NCBI GenBank assembly: GCA_964019425.1
Contig: OZ025804.1
Span: 620,001-684,000 of the forward strand
DNA: 64,000 nt
Direction: 5' to 3'
Origin: Flectonema sp. DT1601
Taxonomy: Eukaryota
Made by a program: the position numbers and the translations under genes. The notes below the pieces were generated by a model. That model did no database searches. It had not been told where the DNA came from and worked only from the letters and a program-made list of their open reading frames with translations. Shown here piece by piece: positions 59,248-64,000 of the stretch. The number at the start of each line of letters is the position of its first letter. Within the stretch, counting starts at the first letter, position 1.

Positions 59248-59253
59248 ATGTAA

Positions 59254-59295
<42 letters not shown>

Positions 59296-60103
59296 TTTCT
59301 CGTCTAATTGTTTGTTTATTCTTCGGCTCCTGCAGTAGTTTCAGTTTATTTTTATATATAATGTTGTTCATTTTTTTAGTTAGTTTTTTTTATTTTAAAT
59401 ATTATATTTTTTTTTTTATAATCTGAGTGCATATTTATTGGAAGCTTATAGAGGGGCTGAGTGGCCACAACAAAATCCACCTGTCGGGCCCCAAGAGATC
59501 AGCAGAAGGAATCAAAAAAAGAAAAAAAATATATACAGCTAGTGCGGACCTGACGTGTTTCTATCATTGTTTTGAGTCAATTTATCGTTTGGAACAAAAT
59601 ATTACGCGATTATGGTTTGGAAAAAAAAAAAAAAAAAAAAACCCTTTTCATTTCAACTATTTAGTTTTCCCTCTACTAACCTATGTTGACTGATCAATAT
59701 AACCTGATGCTGGATTTCGTTCGCCTTATTTCTTTTTTCCTTACTTCCTTACTTCCTTCCTTTTTTTTTCTCTTTTTTTTTTTGGTACTTTTCTTTTCAG
59801 TTTCTCAAAACATTTGTAAAATGTAACAATTCGTATCTTACTGGGTAGATATTTTGTTGTTGTTCATTTTATTTCTTTTTTCTTTTCTCACACAGGTTTT
59901 AAAAGATTGGGCAGATCTCACAATTATTTTTTTTTACTAATTTTCCCGACGAAACTTCAAAGAAACAGCTGATAACTGTCAACCCTCATTTGCAAGAAAA
60001 AACAAACCCGGGTGCGCTAATGGATTGCAATGTCTGGAGAGACAGCAATTTGACTAAAAATAATAAAACAAATCATATTAACCATCTCCTTCAACAGATT
60101 AGG

Positions 60104-63100
60104 ATGGTAGACGCTTCCAGTGTTGCATCTGTCTCTTCTATTGGTTCAAGAAATGGGTTTCGTGAAAATGATATCCCAGCGTGGATGAATGAGAAATCAC
60201 CTTCACCGTCGGTCAATTCTTTTTTAGATAAGGAAGACAGTGTTCAGAAATATAAAAGAAGGTTATCAGATGCTAAGGCGAAACACTCCGCTTTGAAGAA
60301 AGAATGTAATGAAAAAGTTCGTCGAATAAGTGACCTAGAAAATAAGATAACAACTGATGATGGTGTTACTCAGACACTAACTGAACGGATATCAACATCG
60401 GAAAAGCTACTCTCTGAGAAAGAAGATGAAGTAAGGCATCTTCAGGATATGCTTGTTGCTTCAGGAATTGAACGAGCACATATATCTAATATTAATCTAT
60501 CTCTGAATGAAGTTCTCGGTTGTTGTTCTAGTTCATCGAGACTACTATTTCATTTGGTATCAACGACGTCAAATAATGTAACACCTCCTCCACAGGATGC
60601 TTCCCCAGCACAATTACCAGGTCTGATTGAACTCATCACCTCTCATTGTAATTATATTTACAACTCTTCCAACTTACTGAGCAATTGTGACTCAGCCAAA
60701 GAGAGTGACAAAAAACTTCAAAATCTCGAAATTCAGGTAAAAGATCTCACCAGTGACAATAGCAAGTTGGAAGCTGCTCTTTCATCACAAGAGTATGATC
60801 AACGAGGAATTATTGAAAAGTTGAAATTAGAAATTCGGGAGTTAATAAATGAAAATGAAGAAATAGTAAACAAGAACAACAATCAAGAACACAGTTTTAG
60901 TAGTCAAATTAATGATCTGAACACTACCAACGAAGGTTACATTGGAGACGTTGAGAAGTTAAAGTTACGTATCGACGATCTGAATACAACAAACAGTCAG
61001 CTTCAGAATTCATTATCCGAAAGACAGGGAGAACAGCACTGCGAAGTCGCTTCCCTCAAAGACCAAATAACTGAATTAACTAAAGAGGTTCTCAGATACA
61101 AGTCTAACGAAGACAATTTATTTCAGAGAATACAACAAATGGAAACAGATCAAGAGAATGAACTCAATAAAGTAGCTTCGGAAGTTGCTCTCTTGCGTTC
61201 AAAAGATGAGACTGTGAGTTTAGGAAGGGAGTTAGAAATTCTTAATAACAAAATTGCTGATCGTCAGAAAGACTTTTCCGACTTAGAGATGACGAACTGT
61301 TCACTTATTAACGAGCTCTCTACAGCTAATGATATTGTCGTGGAGTTGGAGAGAGTTCGCAATACTTTTCATGAGAGAGTCTCAGAGTTGGAACAAACCA
61401 TCGAATCGCTATCTCTACAGCTGGAAGGTGAAAAGTCTTCACTCTCTGAAGAGTTGACCACCTCCAATGACAGAGTTGTTGAGTTGGAGAATGTTTGCAA
61501 TGAAACAACAGCTGCCCTCACTTCTTCCAACAGAAGAGTTGCTGAGTTGGAACAGACTATCGAATCCCTGTCTCTACAGCTGGAAAAGGAAAGGACTTCA
61601 CTCTCTACTTCAAATGGAAAGGTTACCGACTTAGAGATCACACTCACTTCTTCTAACAACAGAGTCTCAGAATTAGAACAAATCATCAAATCATCATCTG
61701 CGGAGTTGGAGAACATCCGTCGACATGAAATCAACGACAGAACTGTTGAATTAGAAAAGATGAGATCTTCGTACACAAAAGATATGAACACTTCTAATAA
61801 TAAAATAACTGAATTAGAGATGTCCATTAAATCTATTTCTGTTGCTCAAGAGAATGAAAGATCTTCTTCTCACATCAGACTCTCTGAGTTAGAAGAAACA
61901 ATTGAGGTGATGTCTCTTCAACGGGAGACATCAAACAATAAAGTAACTGAGATGGAGATTGAACTCACTTCTTCTGATGAGAGAGTCTCAGAGTTGGAAC
62001 AAACCATCGAATCGTTATCTCTACAGCTGGAAGGTGAAAAGTCTTCACTCTCTGAAGAACTGACCAACTCCAATGACAGAGTTGTTGAGTTGGAGAATGT
62101 TTGCAATGAAACAACAGCTGCCCTCACTTCTTCGAAGGAAACCATCACATCGTTATCAACACAACTGGAAGACATTCACTCCAATAGATATAAAGACAAT
62201 GTAATCCTCACTGACAGGAACATTGAATTGGAGGCAAATATTGAAAGTCTAATAGCCGACAGGCAGGACAGTTTACGAGAAAATAATTCTCTAGAAGATA
62301 AAATAAGAACAACGCTAATGGAAATGGACCAACTGACGTCGGATAATGTCCTCATTGAGAATGGTATCTCAAATCTGAGAGATGTTGTTGTGGTTCTCAG
62401 GCAAACTCTTTCATTACCGAATACTGAAATCTCATTAGCTAACCCTCACCAAGGCATAGCTAACCTAACTCTGATGGTGTCACAAGTTGAAGAAGCGGTT
62501 GAGAGTTTAATTTCTTCTTTCGAAGAAGAGAAACATCGTGCCTGCGACCTTACTCAAAACGCAGGTAATGTAGAGAAAGAGAACAACAAAAAGATTAATG
62601 AGCTGGAATCGAAAAGTTATAAATTAGAGAATGACTTTAACACCCAACGAGTAGAACTTAATTCACTCAAAGACAGTTATTCAGACCTGAATAGTGAACT
62701 CAATTTTGAAAAATCGTCAAACTCAGAACTTCGAGAAAAAATTGAAAAAAATAAAAATCAAAAACAAGTCGCTGATGATGACCATCTTCTTGCAAACAAT
62801 TCTTTAAAAAGTAAACTTGAGGCTTTGACTGAAGCCTTGGAAGAGTATCAAGAAAAGGTAACAATTTACAAAGCTGACATACACACTACAACTAAACAAC
62901 TTGACAGCCAAAAACAAGAAAACGCTCAATTGCGTATCCAACTTGAAAACAGCACTCGAAGTGAAGACAACGTTAGAGAACAGCTATCTTCATTGTCTCA
63001 AATTGCATCATCGACGTCTGCAGAAAATTCTTTACTAAGAGAGAAATCCGTCACTTTAGAACACAAAAACCATGAAATCAGTCAACTTCAACAACAAGTC

Positions 63101-64000
63101 TCTGAACTTCTTATCCAGATCGATTCCCTGTCAGAGACATCGTCATCAATGAATATCTTGGAAGAGGAATATACGAAACTATCGAAATGTAACTCAGAAA
63201 TGATTGACCTGAATGAGAAAAACAAACAAGAGAATGAACAATTAAAAAAAAAGGTAACTTTCTTAGAAGAAGGGAACGCCACCTGTCTGGAACTACAAGA
63301 ACAGATCGACGCGTTGAACGAGAAATGTTCCGAAAGTGAAAACGAGCTTCAAACTCTTTATAACGAAAGATCATCAGTATTAACAGCAGCGACAGAAGTA
63401 CGCGACCGCTTCGTTTCCGAAGCGTCTCAGGCAGAAATAGATCACAAAAAGAAAATATCTGAATTACAATTTAGAATAGCATCCCTCACTGATATTGAAA
63501 ACAGCAAAGTCTCTACCGTTCAACAAGAAGCAGTGACAAAGATAAATTCAGCGAGGGCTGAAACTGCTGCGGCGAAGCTCGACTTAGAAAGTCTTCAGAT
63601 TGAATGTGATAAAATAAAAACTGATAACGAAATAAAAGTAAAATCAATTCAAAGTAATGAAACTGAAATACAACATACGCTGCAGACAACACGAGAAGAA
63701 CTGAACAACCTATCAGAGAACCACTCTCTAATTCAAGAAAAATATAAAACTCAACTCACAACGTTAACAGAACTCCGCAGGGACGTATTTGTTTTGCAAG
63801 AAAAACTTCAGGACAGCAATAATAAAAACATCCCAGCAGACACAATAAACCGAATGCTTCACAGCGAGAGACCAATGAAAGATTTATTCCTAGTCTCCTC
63901 CAGTACTCAGGCTACTGTAATCTCTGTTGATGCTTCTACTCAGGCAACAGAGTCGCATAAAAAACCAAGTTCTGTAGGAATTGAACTGGACTGTATTTTA
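60104..64000 (+). CDS. Very long coiled-coil protein, runs off the window end
   Basis: ATG follows acceptor-like ctccttcaacag; E/L/S/N heptad-rich frame with no stop seen; internal repeat ~61370-61530 / ~61978-62135. Confidence 0.85.
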   Translation, partial: MVDASSVASVSSIGSRNGFRENDIPAWMNEKSPSPSVNSFLDKEDSVQKYKRRLSDAKAKHSALKKECNEKVRRISDLENKITTDDGVTQTLTERISTSEKLLSEKEDEVRHLQDMLVASGIERAHISNINLSLNEVLGCCSSSSRLLFHLVSTTSNNVTPPPQDASPAQLPGLIELITSHCNYIYNSSNLLSNCDSAKESDKKLQNLEIQVKDLTSDNSKLEAALSSQEYDQRGIIEKLKLEIRELINENEEIVNKNNNQEHSFSSQINDLNTTNEGYIGDVEKLKLRIDDLNTTNSQLQNSLSERQGEQHCEVASLKDQITELTKEVLRYKSNEDNLFQRIQQMETDQENELNKVASEVALLRSKDETVSLGRELEILNNKIADRQKDFSDLEMTNCSLINELSTANDIVVELERVRNTFHERVSELEQTIESLSLQLEGEKSSLSEELTTSNDRVVELENVCNETTAALTSSNRRVAELEQTIESLSLQLEKERTSLSTSNGKVTDLEITLTSSNNRVSELEQIIKSSSAELENIRRHEINDRTVELEKMRSSYTKDMNTSNNKITELEMSIKSISVAQENERSSSHIRLSELEETIEVMSLQRETSNNKVTEMEIELTSSDERVSELEQTIESLSLQLEGEKSSLSEELTNSNDRVVELENVCNETTAALTSSKETITSLSTQLEDIHSNRYKDNVILTDRNIELEANIESLIADRQDSLRENNSLEDKIRTTLMEMDQLTSDNVLIENGISNLRDVVVVLRQTLSLPNTEISLANPHQGIANLTLMVSQVEEAVESLISSFEEEKHRACDLTQNAGNVEKENNKKINELESKSYKLENDFNTQRVELNSLKDSYSDLNSELNFEKSSNSELREKIEKNKNQKQVADDDHLLANNSLKSKLEALTEALEEYQEKVTIYKADIHTTTKQLDSQKQENAQLRIQLENSTRSEDNVREQLSSLSQIASSTSAENSLLREKSVTLEHKNHEISQLQQQVSELLIQIDSLSETSSSMNILEEEYTKLSKCNSEMIDLNEKNKQENEQLKKKVTFLEEGNATCLELQEQIDALNEKCSESENELQTLYNERSSVLTAATEVRDRFVSEASQAEIDHKKKISELQFRIASLTDIENSKVSTVQQEAVTKINSARAETAAAKLDLESLQIECDKIKTDNEIKVKSIQSNETEIQHTLQTTREELNNLSENHSLIQEKYKTQLTTLTELRRDVFVLQEKLQDSNNKNIPADTINRMLHSERPMKDLFLVSSSTQATVISVDASTQATESHKKPSSVGIELDCIL

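Noticed and set aside
35600..59900. Many short poly-K / poly-F ORFs in the ORF track
   Set aside because: Translation of A/T homopolymer tracts in intergenic DNA

Overview
AT-rich eukaryotic nuclear DNA from a euglenozoan: it carries two genes for the Euglenozoa-specific F1-ATPase subunit p18. Many GT-AG introns point to a diplonemid-like organism rather than a kinetoplastid (inference). Positions 1-14.4 kb are a nested, rearranged transposon cluster. It holds a pogo-type DD35D DNA transposon inserted into a 5'-truncated RLE non-LTR retrotransposon (HERO-like) whose ORF runs about 560 codons past the endonuclease, plus orphan pogo ends and a roughly 4.7-kb nested inverted-repeat block. From 14.7 kb to the end every recognisable host gene is on the + strand: a double glutaminyl-cyclase/M28 protein, EF-hand proteins, TAF7-like, ER cyclophilin, NRS/ER rhamnose enzyme, 2x p18, ARL6, 3x RACK1, TRF4-like polymerase, PP2C, a saposin/canopy-like protein, membrane proteins and a long coiled-coil protein. 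A decayed Mutator (MULE) element sits in an intron at 48.7-49.8 kb. A second element with related TIRs at 37.1-38.3 kb carries a tRNA-like Pol III cassette and an LSU rRNA fragment instead of a transposase. The most unusual signals are the retrotransposon 3' extension with two internal polypyrimidine-AG-ATG (trans-splice-like) sites, this RNA-carrying Pack-MULE, and the T-rich 5'/A-rich 3' architecture of the cis-introns. All calls come from reading the sequence; no searches were run.
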